Origin: an uncultured Candidatus Sumerlaeota bacterium
GTDB taxonomy: Bacteria > CAYMEV01
Assembly (NCBI GenBank): GCA_964389675.1
Contig: CAYMEV010000008.1
Span: 43,084-107,083, forward strand
Reading direction: 5' to 3'
Length of the DNA: 64,000 nucleotides
Notes under the pieces: model-generated
Seen by the model: the letters and a program-made list of their open reading frames with translations, nothing else
Databases searched by the model: none
What the model was told of the DNA's origin: nothing
Made by a program: the position numbers and the translations under genes
Shown: positions 10,801 to 19,555 of the stretch, in pieces
Layout: every line of letters starts with the position of its first letter
Position numbering within the stretch: position 1 is the stretch's first letter

Positions 10801-11634
10801 GTTGAAGGATTTATTTATATCGCCAATTATATCAGAAAACTTTTTATACCTGTCCATTGGATAATATTTCGTCATTCCATCTATTATTGCCCTGAAACCG
10901 GAACTGCCTGCAAGGCCCAGCCTTTTTTCCTGAAAATCTGAATAATGGTCCGGGTCCTGAAGTATCTGTATTATATCACATATCTCAATCCCCCTGCCTC
11001 CAAAAAAAGGCTCTCCTGCTGTCAGTTCAAAAAAGAGAAGGCCGAGGGAGAACATGTCCATGGAATATTGAATATTGCCGCTAAGCGCTTCAGGGGAGAT
11101 ATACAGCAGTGTCCCTTTAACATTTTTCTCCCTTCCCTGCAGCAGCCCTGATAACCCGAAATCCAGAAACTTCAGCCCATGCTCTGTTATCATGATATTA
11201 CCCGGCTTGATGTCCCTGTATATTATATCTCTGCTGTGGACATACTCCAGTGCCCTCAGCATCTGTATCATATATTCGATACATGATTCTAAAGGCTTTT
11301 TTTTGCTTTCCTGAATAATATCTGAAAGCATCCTGCCCTGAAGGTACTCCATTACTATATAGTAATTGTCGCCATCCCTGCCGAAATCAAATACCTGTGT
11401 GAGGTTAGGGTGCTTCAGCCTTGTCATAATCTCATATTCGTTCTTGAAGCTGTCAATCCCTGAATGCCTGGTGCTTGAAAGGACATTTTGTTTAATGGTC
11501 TTTACTGCAAAAGTAATATTATCCCTCAGCATGTCTTCTGCAAGGTATACAATACCCATTCCCCCCTGCCCAAGATTGCCGATGATCCTGTAACGGGAGT
11601 CAATTATGCTTTTCTCTGCATTCCATGGAAACAT
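7816..11634 (-). CDS. Ser/Thr protein kinase - P-loop NTPase (AAA_16/STAND-like) - TPR repeat protein, paralog 2
   Basis: GQGGMG, AVK, YRDIKPGN, DFG; Walker A GTAGAGKT; Walker B AICFDDLQ; SGNPLFLEQL; 40-aa repeats. Confidence 0.9.
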   Translation of the reverse strand: MFPWNAEKSIIDSRYRIIGNLGQGGMGIVYLAEDMLRDNITFAVKTIKQNVLSSTRHSGIDSFKNEYEIMTRLKHPNLTQVFDFGRDGDNYYIVMEYLQGRMLSDIIQESKKKPLESCIEYMIQMLRALEYVHSRDIIYRDIKPGNIMITEHGLKFLDFGLSGLLQGREKNVKGTLLYISPEALSGNIQYSMDMFSLGLLFFELTAGEPFFGGRGIEICDIIQILQDPDHYSDFQEKRLGLAGSSGFRAIIDGMTKYYPMDRYKKFSDIIGDINKSFNRAYEYESSETKESYVLGNAFADRHREMQILKDGLAGSRNPCMFIYRGTAGAGKTRLFRELKKHCRLNSIPYFESTCMEGGIKEYYSICEMLERMIILSSRELLQRYGTNLKHILPGFTYLAEFPDPDGSDDPKALKDIIIQNATDFILGFCRESRYKAAICFDDLQWIDEGSLEMLRVLLHKMNISETGSKDLIIIANIDEGKIEKKQEFAGFFTMEGLKTADLHPLDRNGVAEFIEKIFGSRFIDESIRKSVGKMRDMVSGNPLFLEQLIKSLIENDLIIKDRGYWRLTRDIDDMDIPPNLLEIAKARLEKIMKEKDYRNVLQILSLLRTDLESGLIRAIIKSTTDSDAMRIVLDLERLEIMQSIRTAGSFKYSFASSTVKYLVRETVKNSRKLHSLLADILDRNYGAVSDLFTEETAYHYEKGENTDKAVEYYIKCGDNAQSRYFNEKAVRFYDIALKLKKGSDMAEILGVLIRKAISLKELGQWDDALEILKDCALIAERSENRLILGKINNIRGSILLRKGDLESAGCSFEESRRIAESENNYKLLAETITNIINYYFYKSQYETAIDIFNNNRHVWEKCGDIRGYSTALNNIGNIYNIQSRFNEAIDCFISYRDISIKAGDKKGFAKAVCNMGNVYNNQGDYKKALECYEVYKKISEETGDKRGIGSAAGNIGIIYYDLGNYRKALDNHLLNMRLSMELGDKIGAGIAYGNLGILYYDLGEYDKALDYHEKRKKVAEEIGDRRGTGIATANMGTVYCAMGHYDKALKSYEIYKKISEEIGDRMGEGAASGNIGGVLLYRGDFQEALKMLKVREKIAEETGDKRSIGFASGNMGKAYYELGRKDMALRCFNKAADIFRALGIKSLLAEFLCDKSVLHLDNREYEDAESCIQELEKTGAGLRDKALLFNMEMLRIRMMAVSNTESAVRRMLEMLNEERSRREKAEICFQLYMLKEEVKYRKEALRLYSGLFEEEPLYEFEKRIRILKKKSK

Positions 11635-11875
11635 GCTGTAATTATCTCATTTTTTTGCCAAAACTCCAAATGATTTATTGATCAGTGCATATATTGTTCC
11701 ATCATAATACTCAGCAGCGCCAGGTCAGACTGCTATCATAGAGACCTTCAGTTATCTTATGCCGTAAAGGGGTCATCTGGCGGCTCATGTTCTTATTTGA
11801 TTCTTATATCGGTATTATTACAGAATAAAAGGGCGTGGAAGGTGACATCTGAACCCGTTTTCCCGGATATTGGAG

Positions 11876-14800
11876 TTATTCTGCCTTCAATTCCTGCATG
11901 GCCTTTTTATATGAGAATTTCTTATGCTTTTCATAGAGTGATCTATATGATCTGATGGCTTTTTCCCTGTACTGATTTTTTCCTTCAATGAAATAAAGCT
12001 CATAATATATCATTGCCTTTGCCTCTTCATCCCTGGCGTTTTCAAGGAGTTTCAGAAGGGAAGCAGATGCAGATACCCTGTCATTCACTGCAAGGACCCT
12101 AAAACCCTGTATCCTGGCCCTGTTGATATATTCTTCATTCTCCAGCTCCTCTGCAAGTTTCATGGCTTTTTTGTTTGCTTCAGCTGCTTTGCCTGTACTC
12201 CCGTTCCTCAGCAGGATTTCTGCACTCTTCAGGAGGTAATCAATGATATCAGGGTCTTTTATCCCGATCTCCCTGAATATCCCCAGGGATTTATCATAAT
12301 TCAGCAATGCTTTATCATATTCTCCGGCAAGATAGCAGACATTCCCCAGGCTTCCGAAGGCATTTGCAGAAGCATGCCTGTCCCCTGTTTTATCAAAGAT
12401 GCTGCACGCCTTCTCGATCTGCCTGAAAGCCTGCTCAAAATCCCCTGTCTCCGCATAAGCAATGCCTATATTAACATCTGTTATTCCTGCTGCCATTTTG
12501 TCACCTATCTCTTCAAATATCTCCCTGCCTGATTCAAAGAAACTTATAGATTGCCTGTAATTGCCCTGTTCTTTATATATATTTCCGATATTATTCCCTG
12601 CGATCCCCAGGCCCCTTTTATCCCCGGTCTTCCTGGCTATCCCTGCAGAGAGCCTGTAATTCTTCAGTGCCTTCTTCAGCCTGCCCTGGTAATAATATAT
12701 GTTCCCGATATTCAGTGCAGCATTCTTTATCCCATCCTGATCATTTATCTCCTCAGAAATCCTCTTATATTCCTTAAAGCATGACAGAGCCTTTGAGGTC
12801 TTCCCCTGGAAGTAATAGATGCTTCCGAGATTGCCTGATGCAGCTCCTGTACCCTTCTTATCTCCTAATTCTTCTGATATCTTTTTGTAAATATTATAAT
12901 AATGCAGGGCTTTGGCATAATCTCCAAGAGATGAACAGGCACTGCCCAGGTTCCCGCAGGCTATTCCGGTCCCCCTTTTATCCCCTATCTCCTCTGACAG
13001 GTCCCTGTCGATCTCATAACACTCAAATGCTTTGGCGAAATTCCCCTGATTGTAATAAACGTTGCCCTGATTCCCTACTGCATTCCCGATGCTTTTCTTG
13101 TCATGAAGCTCCAGGGCTATATACTGGCACTTCTTAAAGCATTCAATAGCTTCGGTATAATTGGACCTTGCAAAATGAATATTTCCAATATTATTGAGTG
13201 CCCTCAGGTAACCACTTCTGTCGCCTGCCCTGAGAAAGTAATCCCTGTTTTTTGAATGGTACTTCATTGCTTCATCCATCAATGACTGATTATAGAAATA
13301 AGAGCCGAGATTGTCATAACTTTCAGCTATAAGAGCCTTATTTCCTGTGTTTTCTGAAATTTCAAGGCTTAGGTCAAATGCTTTTTTGGCTTTGTTTATC
13401 TCGCCTTTCTGGAGATATATCCTTCCTGAAAGGCTGTTTATCTGAGCCAGGATAATCTGTTTGCCGGCATCTGATGCATGTTTTCTGCAGTCATCCAGGA
13501 CTGACAGGGCTTCATCCCATCTTCCCAGTACCTCAAGAGATCTGGCCTTGCAGAGCATTATTTCCAGTCTCTCATCTATAATACTAAGATTCAGGCTGTA
13601 AAGCATAATATCATAATATTTTACTGCCTTTTCATGGAAATAATCCTTTCTTGCATTATCAGCGCATTTCCTGCAGAAAAAAAGCGCTCTGTCATTAACT
13701 TCCGCCTCTATATAATGATATGCTATTTCTTCATTATACTGGCCTGAATCACCGATCATCGCCTCCATATTCCGTGCAATGTCGAGGTTAATGCTTTTCC
13801 TCTCTTTTACGCTCCTGTTTACTATATCCTTTATGATGCTTGAAGTGAATGAATAATAGAAATAATTCTCTACACTGTGCTGCTGAAGTATTTCCATCCT
13901 CTCAAGCTCAATAAGGGCCTTTGCAGGCTCTATACCGCATATCTTCCTGATCATTCCTATAAGGGTCTCAATTGGCAGGTCGACCCTCAGTAAAGCGAGT
14001 ATATGCAGGATATGCTCCCTGTTCCTGTCTTTCAATATCCTTTTTACCCTTGTTCTTACAGTATCCAGAAGATTCCTGGGTATCTCAATGCCCTCCGCCG
14101 GTTTCAAAAGCTTCCAGTATCTGTTATCCTTGATTATTACATTGCTTTCGATCAGGGATTTAATAAGCTCCTCAAGGAAAAGCGGGTTGCCTCCGACTTT
14201 TTCTTTGATGAACTGCACGCTTTCACTTATGCTCCTGTCAATAAAACGGGAACCGAAAACATTTTCAATATACTCACTTATGCCCTCCCCGTCAAGGGGG
14301 CCCAGGTCATGTATCCTGATGCCTGCATTTTCAAGCATGCTCCTGACTACCCTGCTCTTTATCTTCTCTTCATTGATATTCGCATAGATGCAGATATTAA
14401 TCCCGCTGTTGATATTAAGCCTGCTTAAAAGGGCTTCGAGAAGCACTGCTGAGCCGTCATCTATCCACTGAAGGTCATTGAAGTAAATTACAAACCTCTT
14501 TTGTATCTCTCCATAGAACTCTATTATATAGTCTATGATATTCTGAATTGTTATCTCTTTCAGCATCATCGGGTTATCCATAATTTGAGGGGGCCTGAAC
14601 CTGCTCAATCTGTCTGAATCCGGAAGCATAAGCTTCAGATACGGGCCTGCCCTGCCCAGAAGCTCATCAGATGAATATGTCATCATCTGAAGAAGAATAT
14701 CACCGAAATAATGGTATTCTCTTATCTCCCCCTCCATACAGCTGCTGTCAAAAAAGAGTATGTCACCCAGCCTGCAGTATTTCTTAAATTCAATAAAAAG

Positions 14801-15784
14801 CCTTGTTTTACCGACCCCTACATTCCCGTTATATACAAAAAAATGCTGATCATCTGCTTTTGCCAGCTGGGTCTTTAGCTCCCTGAATTCGTCTTTCCTG
14901 TCTGCAAAGGCATTTCCCAGCACATAACTTTCCTTTGTCTCGGATGTCTCGAACTCATAATTCCTGCCTGAACACTGATTAATGTCCGAGATGACCTCCG
15001 AACAGGCCTGATACCTGTCTTTCGGGCTGTATTCGATCATTCTTCTCACAATGTTCCTTGTATCTGTGTCCTTTACCAGATTCAGCCTCTTTTTCATAAA
15101 GGCCATATATTTGTCCCTTTTATACAGCATGTTTATGATGCCTGAAAAATCCTCCGGCGATGTGCTGAAGAACATCTCTCCTGTAAGCATCTCAAAGTAA
15201 ACCAGCCCAAGGGAGAATATATCCATTGAATAGCCTACTTTCTTGTTTATAGCCTCAGGGGAGAAATACTGCATGGTACCCTTCACCTTGCTTTCGCCTT
15301 TCAGTTCAAAACCGGCAAGGCCAAAATCCATAAGCTTTACAGAAGTGCCGTCAACCATAATATTGCCAGGCTTTATGTCACGGTACATTATGTTCCTGCT
15401 GTGGATATACTCTAGCGCTCTCAGTATCTGGACAAGGATATCATTGATCCGGTTTTTATCAAAATCAGTCATTAAATATTCAGAAAGAAGGATTCCTTCG
15501 AGATATTCCATTACTATGAAATAATTGTCACTGTCATTCCCGAATTCATATACCTGTGCAAGGTTCGGGTGCTTCAGCCTTGTCATCATCTCGTATTCAT
15601 TCTTAAAGCTCTTTATCCCTATCTCCTTCATTTTTGAAAGGACATCCTGCCTTATTGTCTTTAATGCAAACAGCATATTGTCCTTTAGGCTGTCCTCCAC
15701 CAGGTATACGATCCCCATCCCCCCCTGTCCGAGTTTATCTGTTATTCTGTATCTATTGCTGATAAGATCTTTCATGCAGGCCAT
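11876..15784 (-). CDS. Ser/Thr protein kinase - P-loop NTPase (AAA_16/STAND-like) - TPR repeat protein, paralog 3
   Basis: GQGGMG, ALK, YRDIKPGN, DFG; Walker A GNVGVGKT; Walker B VIYFNDLQ; GGNPLFLEEL; 40-aa repeats. Confidence 0.9.
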   Translation of the reverse strand: MACMKDLISNRYRITDKLGQGGMGIVYLVEDSLKDNMLFALKTIRQDVLSKMKEIGIKSFKNEYEMMTRLKHPNLAQVYEFGNDSDNYFIVMEYLEGILLSEYLMTDFDKNRINDILVQILRALEYIHSRNIMYRDIKPGNIMVDGTSVKLMDFGLAGFELKGESKVKGTMQYFSPEAINKKVGYSMDIFSLGLVYFEMLTGEMFFSTSPEDFSGIINMLYKRDKYMAFMKKRLNLVKDTDTRNIVRRMIEYSPKDRYQACSEVISDINQCSGRNYEFETSETKESYVLGNAFADRKDEFRELKTQLAKADDQHFFVYNGNVGVGKTRLFIEFKKYCRLGDILFFDSSCMEGEIREYHYFGDILLQMMTYSSDELLGRAGPYLKLMLPDSDRLSRFRPPQIMDNPMMLKEITIQNIIDYIIEFYGEIQKRFVIYFNDLQWIDDGSAVLLEALLSRLNINSGINICIYANINEEKIKSRVVRSMLENAGIRIHDLGPLDGEGISEYIENVFGSRFIDRSISESVQFIKEKVGGNPLFLEELIKSLIESNVIIKDNRYWKLLKPAEGIEIPRNLLDTVRTRVKRILKDRNREHILHILALLRVDLPIETLIGMIRKICGIEPAKALIELERMEILQQHSVENYFYYSFTSSIIKDIVNRSVKERKSINLDIARNMEAMIGDSGQYNEEIAYHYIEAEVNDRALFFCRKCADNARKDYFHEKAVKYYDIMLYSLNLSIIDERLEIMLCKARSLEVLGRWDEALSVLDDCRKHASDAGKQIILAQINSLSGRIYLQKGEINKAKKAFDLSLEISENTGNKALIAESYDNLGSYFYNQSLMDEAMKYHSKNRDYFLRAGDRSGYLRALNNIGNIHFARSNYTEAIECFKKCQYIALELHDKKSIGNAVGNQGNVYYNQGNFAKAFECYEIDRDLSEEIGDKRGTGIACGNLGSACSSLGDYAKALHYYNIYKKISEELGDKKGTGAASGNLGSIYYFQGKTSKALSCFKEYKRISEEINDQDGIKNAALNIGNIYYYQGRLKKALKNYRLSAGIARKTGDKRGLGIAGNNIGNIYKEQGNYRQSISFFESGREIFEEIGDKMAAGITDVNIGIAYAETGDFEQAFRQIEKACSIFDKTGDRHASANAFGSLGNVCYLAGEYDKALLNYDKSLGIFREIGIKDPDIIDYLLKSAEILLRNGSTGKAAEANKKAMKLAEELENEEYINRARIQGFRVLAVNDRVSASASLLKLLENARDEEAKAMIYYELYFIEGKNQYREKAIRSYRSLYEKHKKFSYKKAMQELKAE

Positions 15785-15849
15785 TTTTTATTTTCTGCTC
15801 CGGATATGTTCAATTATACGACAAATAAAACCAGTATTCAATTCAATAA

Positions 15850-17628
15850 TCAGGAAATCCTGATATTATCCAGAGCCCTCAGGAATTCATCACAGCTCTG
15901 GAACCTTTTATCAGGGTCCTTTTCAAGGGCTTTCATGACAATATCCGACAGCTTCCTGTCAATTCCGCTTTTTATTTCTGCAAGGGGTTTGGGGGGCATG
16001 CATGACTGCATCTCCATGATTGCAAAATCAGATATGTTCTTTATCTGATCCCTGGCAAACGGCACCCTCCCGGCAAGCATCTCATACATAAGTATGCCCA
16101 GGCTGTATATATCCGTCCTTGAATCTATATTCCTGTCCCCCCTTATCTGTTCAGGGCTCATGTATTCAGGTATTCCCAGCCCTATGCCTGCCTGGTTCTT
16201 TCGGTCCTCTATCTTTATAAGGGCTATTCCAAAGTCTGTGATCTTTGTCACCCCGTTCCTGTCAACCATGATATTGCTTGGCTTGATCTCCCTGTGTACC
16301 ATGCCATGATCATGGGCATATTCCAGTCCCTTCAATATTCCGCGGATTATTGGCAGGGCCTCCCTGCCCTTAAGGGATCCCTTTTTTTCCAGGATCTGGA
16401 ATATGGTCTCCCCATCCACATACTCCTGTATCACACTCAGGGTCTGAGGGTCAAAATGGACTATCTGGGCTATATTATAGTGGCTTAGCCTTGCCTGGGC
16501 CTTTATCTCCCTTTTGAATATCTCAATAAAATCCCTGTCAAACATAAGGGAAGGGTGGATCTTCTTTACAACAAAATTCCTGCCGAGATTTATATTCTCA
16601 GCAAAATATACTGTTGCAACAGTGCTTGCCCCGATTTCATTTATTATTTTATAGTAATGAGCAATAATATCATCAGGCCTGAACCCGGCTGAGACATCAG
16701 GTATGCTTTCAACCTGCCGGCTGCCTGCTTCAGTTTCTTCAAGGGGCATATCATCGCTGATGCATTCCAGCTTTGCAATATCAATGATTTTCTGCTCATA
16801 GTCTTCTGAGTCCCTGAATAAAGCAGATCTCAGCTGAGAAACAAACTCCGATGCAGTTTCATACCTTTCTGCAGGGTCTTTTGCCATTATCTTATTTATA
16901 ACACCGACAAGAAGCCTGTTATGTGAAAACATATTATCCGCAGGAAATACAGGGTTTTCATATATTATCTGATATGCCACTCTATGCAGTGTCTCCCCGT
17001 CAAAAGGCTTTCTTCCGAATAAAAGCATATAAGCCATTATGCCGAAACTGAAAAGGTCGCTTTTATGAGAGACCCTTTTTCCTGTAAATTGCTCCGGGCT
17101 CATGTAAAATGGGGTTCCCAGCACTCTTCCGACCTGAGTGGAATCTGTACCCGGGATTTTAGCTATCCCGAAATCCGTAATTTTTGCTACATTCTTTGAA
17201 TCAATTATGATATTGGCAGGCTTGATATCCCTGTGGACAATACCGTTTTTGTGAGCATAGTCCAGCCCGCCGGCAACCTGGGACAGTATATCCATCACCC
17301 TTTTTACATTGAACTGCCTTGATTCATCAATCAGTTCTTTCAGTGTTGTGCCGGTGATGAGCTCCATTATGATATACAGGATATTATTAGCCTCTCCCAG
17401 GTCATGAATGGTCACTATATTAGGATGAGACAGCTTTCCTGCTGTCTGGGCCTCCCTCCTGAACCGTTCCGTGAAATCCTGCCTCTCATAAGGGTCAAGG
17501 ATGTCAGTCCTCAATATCTTGACAGCAACAACCCTTCCCAGGCTCGGGTCATATGCCTGATATACTATGCCGGCTGCACCCCTTCCGATCTCCTTTTGGA
17601 TTTCATACCTGTCAATCTTAACTGTCAT
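15850..17628 (-). CDS. Cytoplasmic protein with two tandem Hanks-type kinase domains (second probably a pseudokinase)
   Basis: Domain 1: GRGAAG, AVK, HRDIKPAN, DFG, GTPFYMSPEQ. Domain 2: GASTVA, VVK, HREIKPSN, DFG, GIPEYMSPEQ. No TM segment. Confidence 0.9.
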   Translation of the reverse strand: MTVKIDRYEIQKEIGRGAAGIVYQAYDPSLGRVVAVKILRTDILDPYERQDFTERFRREAQTAGKLSHPNIVTIHDLGEANNILYIIMELITGTTLKELIDESRQFNVKRVMDILSQVAGGLDYAHKNGIVHRDIKPANIIIDSKNVAKITDFGIAKIPGTDSTQVGRVLGTPFYMSPEQFTGKRVSHKSDLFSFGIMAYMLLFGRKPFDGETLHRVAYQIIYENPVFPADNMFSHNRLLVGVINKIMAKDPAERYETASEFVSQLRSALFRDSEDYEQKIIDIAKLECISDDMPLEETEAGSRQVESIPDVSAGFRPDDIIAHYYKIINEIGASTVATVYFAENINLGRNFVVKKIHPSLMFDRDFIEIFKREIKAQARLSHYNIAQIVHFDPQTLSVIQEYVDGETIFQILEKKGSLKGREALPIIRGILKGLEYAHDHGMVHREIKPSNIMVDRNGVTKITDFGIALIKIEDRKNQAGIGLGIPEYMSPEQIRGDRNIDSRTDIYSLGILMYEMLAGRVPFARDQIKNISDFAIMEMQSCMPPKPLAEIKSGIDRKLSDIVMKALEKDPDKRFQSCDEFLRALDNIRIS

Positions 17629-17795
17629 ATGGAAAACCAGCCTGTAATCCTAAGCTATTTTCTTCAAATAGTGTCAAGTCTAATTCAGTAGTAAATTATA
17701 GTATTGTTACCTGATTATGACAATCATAAAATAGCATATAAAATAGCAGGCTTAAAGGGTTAAAGGAAATAGAATGCCGGAAAAATTCCGCAGGC

Positions 17796-18821
17796 TTATT
17801 TTATCAGGTAGTATTTATATGTACCCTTTATGCTGTTGCTGTAGCCGGGGTAATTCTTGCCAGGGCCTGCAACCTCGCATAGTACATAGTACCTGTTGCC
17901 TATCCTTACAAAGGACTGTCCCGGCTGGGGAACAGCTTCAACACCTATGAGAGCATGTTCATGAGTTTCAATAATTATTATTGATGACTCGCTGAAATTC
18001 TGCCAGAGAGAACAGAAAAGTATTGATTTTGAGTCGCAGTCGCCGCGGTTATTTATCAGCACATCAGTAGGGATATATATTCCCCCTGTCACCTTGCTGT
18101 CAACAATGGCAGGAGGTATCCTGTAATCGATCTCCTGCAGAAAGGATACGAACAATCCCAGGTATTTCTGCCTGGAATATCCATTACCTGCCTTGTAAAG
18201 AGCATTGAAACATCCCTTAAGATGAGGCAAATTCCAAAGAGACAGCTTTTTATAATCGATCTTTATAAGATCGCCATCTAAATAGAATCCTCTGTCTTTT
18301 ATCTCCTCCCCGAAAACAATAATGAAATTACTGCTGTAATAATCGCATATTGCCTTCATTGTCCTTTTCACTTCTGAATAGATGCCTGACGGGACAGACA
18401 CAGGATCAATATTGATCCTTCTGGCTGTTATGGTATATTTTATATAGCTGGAAAAGCCGCTTTCCCTGATAATCCGGTCTATCTGCCCTTTCAGCCTTTC
18501 GATTACCCTCTTTTCTGTCTCCTGCTGATTATAGCCGAATTTATCACTCAGTTCCCTGTGGGAGACCTTTGAAATATCGAATGAAACCCTCTGTTTTTTT
18601 CCTGTAAAATCGATAAATCCGTATGTGATACCATAGTAATCATTATTTTCGCTTAATTTATAATAGTTCAGCGAGCCTTTATTCCTAAGCCCCCTGTCAA
18701 GGGCTATGGGGTTTCCGCTTCTTTTGCCGCTGAACACTGCCCATGACAGCATAAACATTGTGAAAAATGCTGCAATAAATATTACCAGGCAGCTATATAT
18801 AGTTTTTTTGCTTCTGAACAT
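17796..18821 (-). CDS. Membrane-anchored hypothetical protein with transglutaminase-like (Cys-His) motif
   Basis: N-terminal hydrophobic helix. 'DVLINNRGDCDSKSILF' followed by 'HEHALIGV' and 'YVLCE' resembles the transglutaminase-like cysteine protease fold. Confidence 0.6.
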   Translation of the reverse strand: MFRSKKTIYSCLVIFIAAFFTMFMLSWAVFSGKRSGNPIALDRGLRNKGSLNYYKLSENNDYYGITYGFIDFTGKKQRVSFDISKVSHRELSDKFGYNQQETEKRVIERLKGQIDRIIRESGFSSYIKYTITARRINIDPVSVPSGIYSEVKRTMKAICDYYSSNFIIVFGEEIKDRGFYLDGDLIKIDYKKLSLWNLPHLKGCFNALYKAGNGYSRQKYLGLFVSFLQEIDYRIPPAIVDSKVTGGIYIPTDVLINNRGDCDSKSILFCSLWQNFSESSIIIIETHEHALIGVEAVPQPGQSFVRIGNRYYVLCEVAGPGKNYPGYSNSIKGTYKYYLIK

Positions 18822-18825
18822 CAGG

Positions 18826-19359
18826 CTACTGTATCCTTATAAATCCCCTCTCTGCTTCAGGTATTATGGACTGGGCCAGGTCAGCCATTCCCTGGTCGAT
18901 GATTATTGCAATGGAAATTACAACAAATGCTAAAAATATCGCAACAGCAATATTGTTTTTTATTATCTCGTCATACTCTTTTATTCTCCTGTTCATTACA
19001 GAAAAAAGCCACATCGATATACCGGCCAGGATAATGGACAGCACAGCCATAATAATGACAAACAGCATGGCAGTGCCTATGGTTGAAACCACGGTAAGCC
19101 CGGATGTCCTGCTGATCATGGAAGTCCTGATTACTGTCATAACAGGGTGAATGGCATGGCGGAGCAGTATTGCCTGGCTTAAGAGGATAGAGCCCAGCAT
19201 TATGGAAACAGACACATTGCCATCGAGAAGATGCTGAGCTTCATCTATCTTTCTGGTTATTAGAAGGTCAATCTTATAGATCAAAAATATCAGGATAATG
19301 CTCATAATTCCGGATAGAAGAACAGCAGACACACCTGTTGCAATATTTATGATATTCAT
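18826..19359 (-). CDS. DUF350-like membrane protein (two internal repeats)
   Basis: Four hydrophobic segments with duplicated '(D/E)E...(G/N)N(V/I)(S/A)V(S/A)I' motif (DGNVSVSIML and KNNIAVAIFL). Confidence 0.65.
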   Translation of the reverse strand: MNIINIATGVSAVLLSGIMSIILIFLIYKIDLLITRKIDEAQHLLDGNVSVSIMLGSILLSQAILLRHAIHPVMTVIRTSMISRTSGLTVVSTIGTAMLFVIIMAVLSIILAGISMWLFSVMNRRIKEYDEIIKNNIAVAIFLAFVVISIAIIIDQGMADLAQSIIPEAERGFIRIQ

Positions 19360-19555
19360 ATTTATCCCCCTTTATTTCAGCTGTAAAAAGATTATTCAGC
19401 ATAATGATAAAAGTCAAAATCTTTTCACTTCAATTACTGTATTAAAAAATTTTCTTTATTATTACTGAATTTTATATTAAACGGTCTTTATTTCAGAAGA
19501 AAGGCCTGGTTTTATCCTTATCCTTTTTTTAGAGGAAGCGGAAACTAAATTTTTA

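Noticed and set aside
4471-13225. 120-bp periodicity as a possible CRISPR array or DGR variable/template repeats
   Set aside because: The repeats are in-frame, degenerate protein repeats with no constant-repeat/unique-spacer pattern. There is no cas or reverse transcriptase gene and no near-identical pair differing only at adenines.
17641-17683. Minus-strand promoter (TTGACA ... TAGGAT) with a small inverted repeat upstream of the tandem kinase
   Set aside because: The -35 is perfect but the spacer to the best -10 is 19 nt; too weak to report as a feature.
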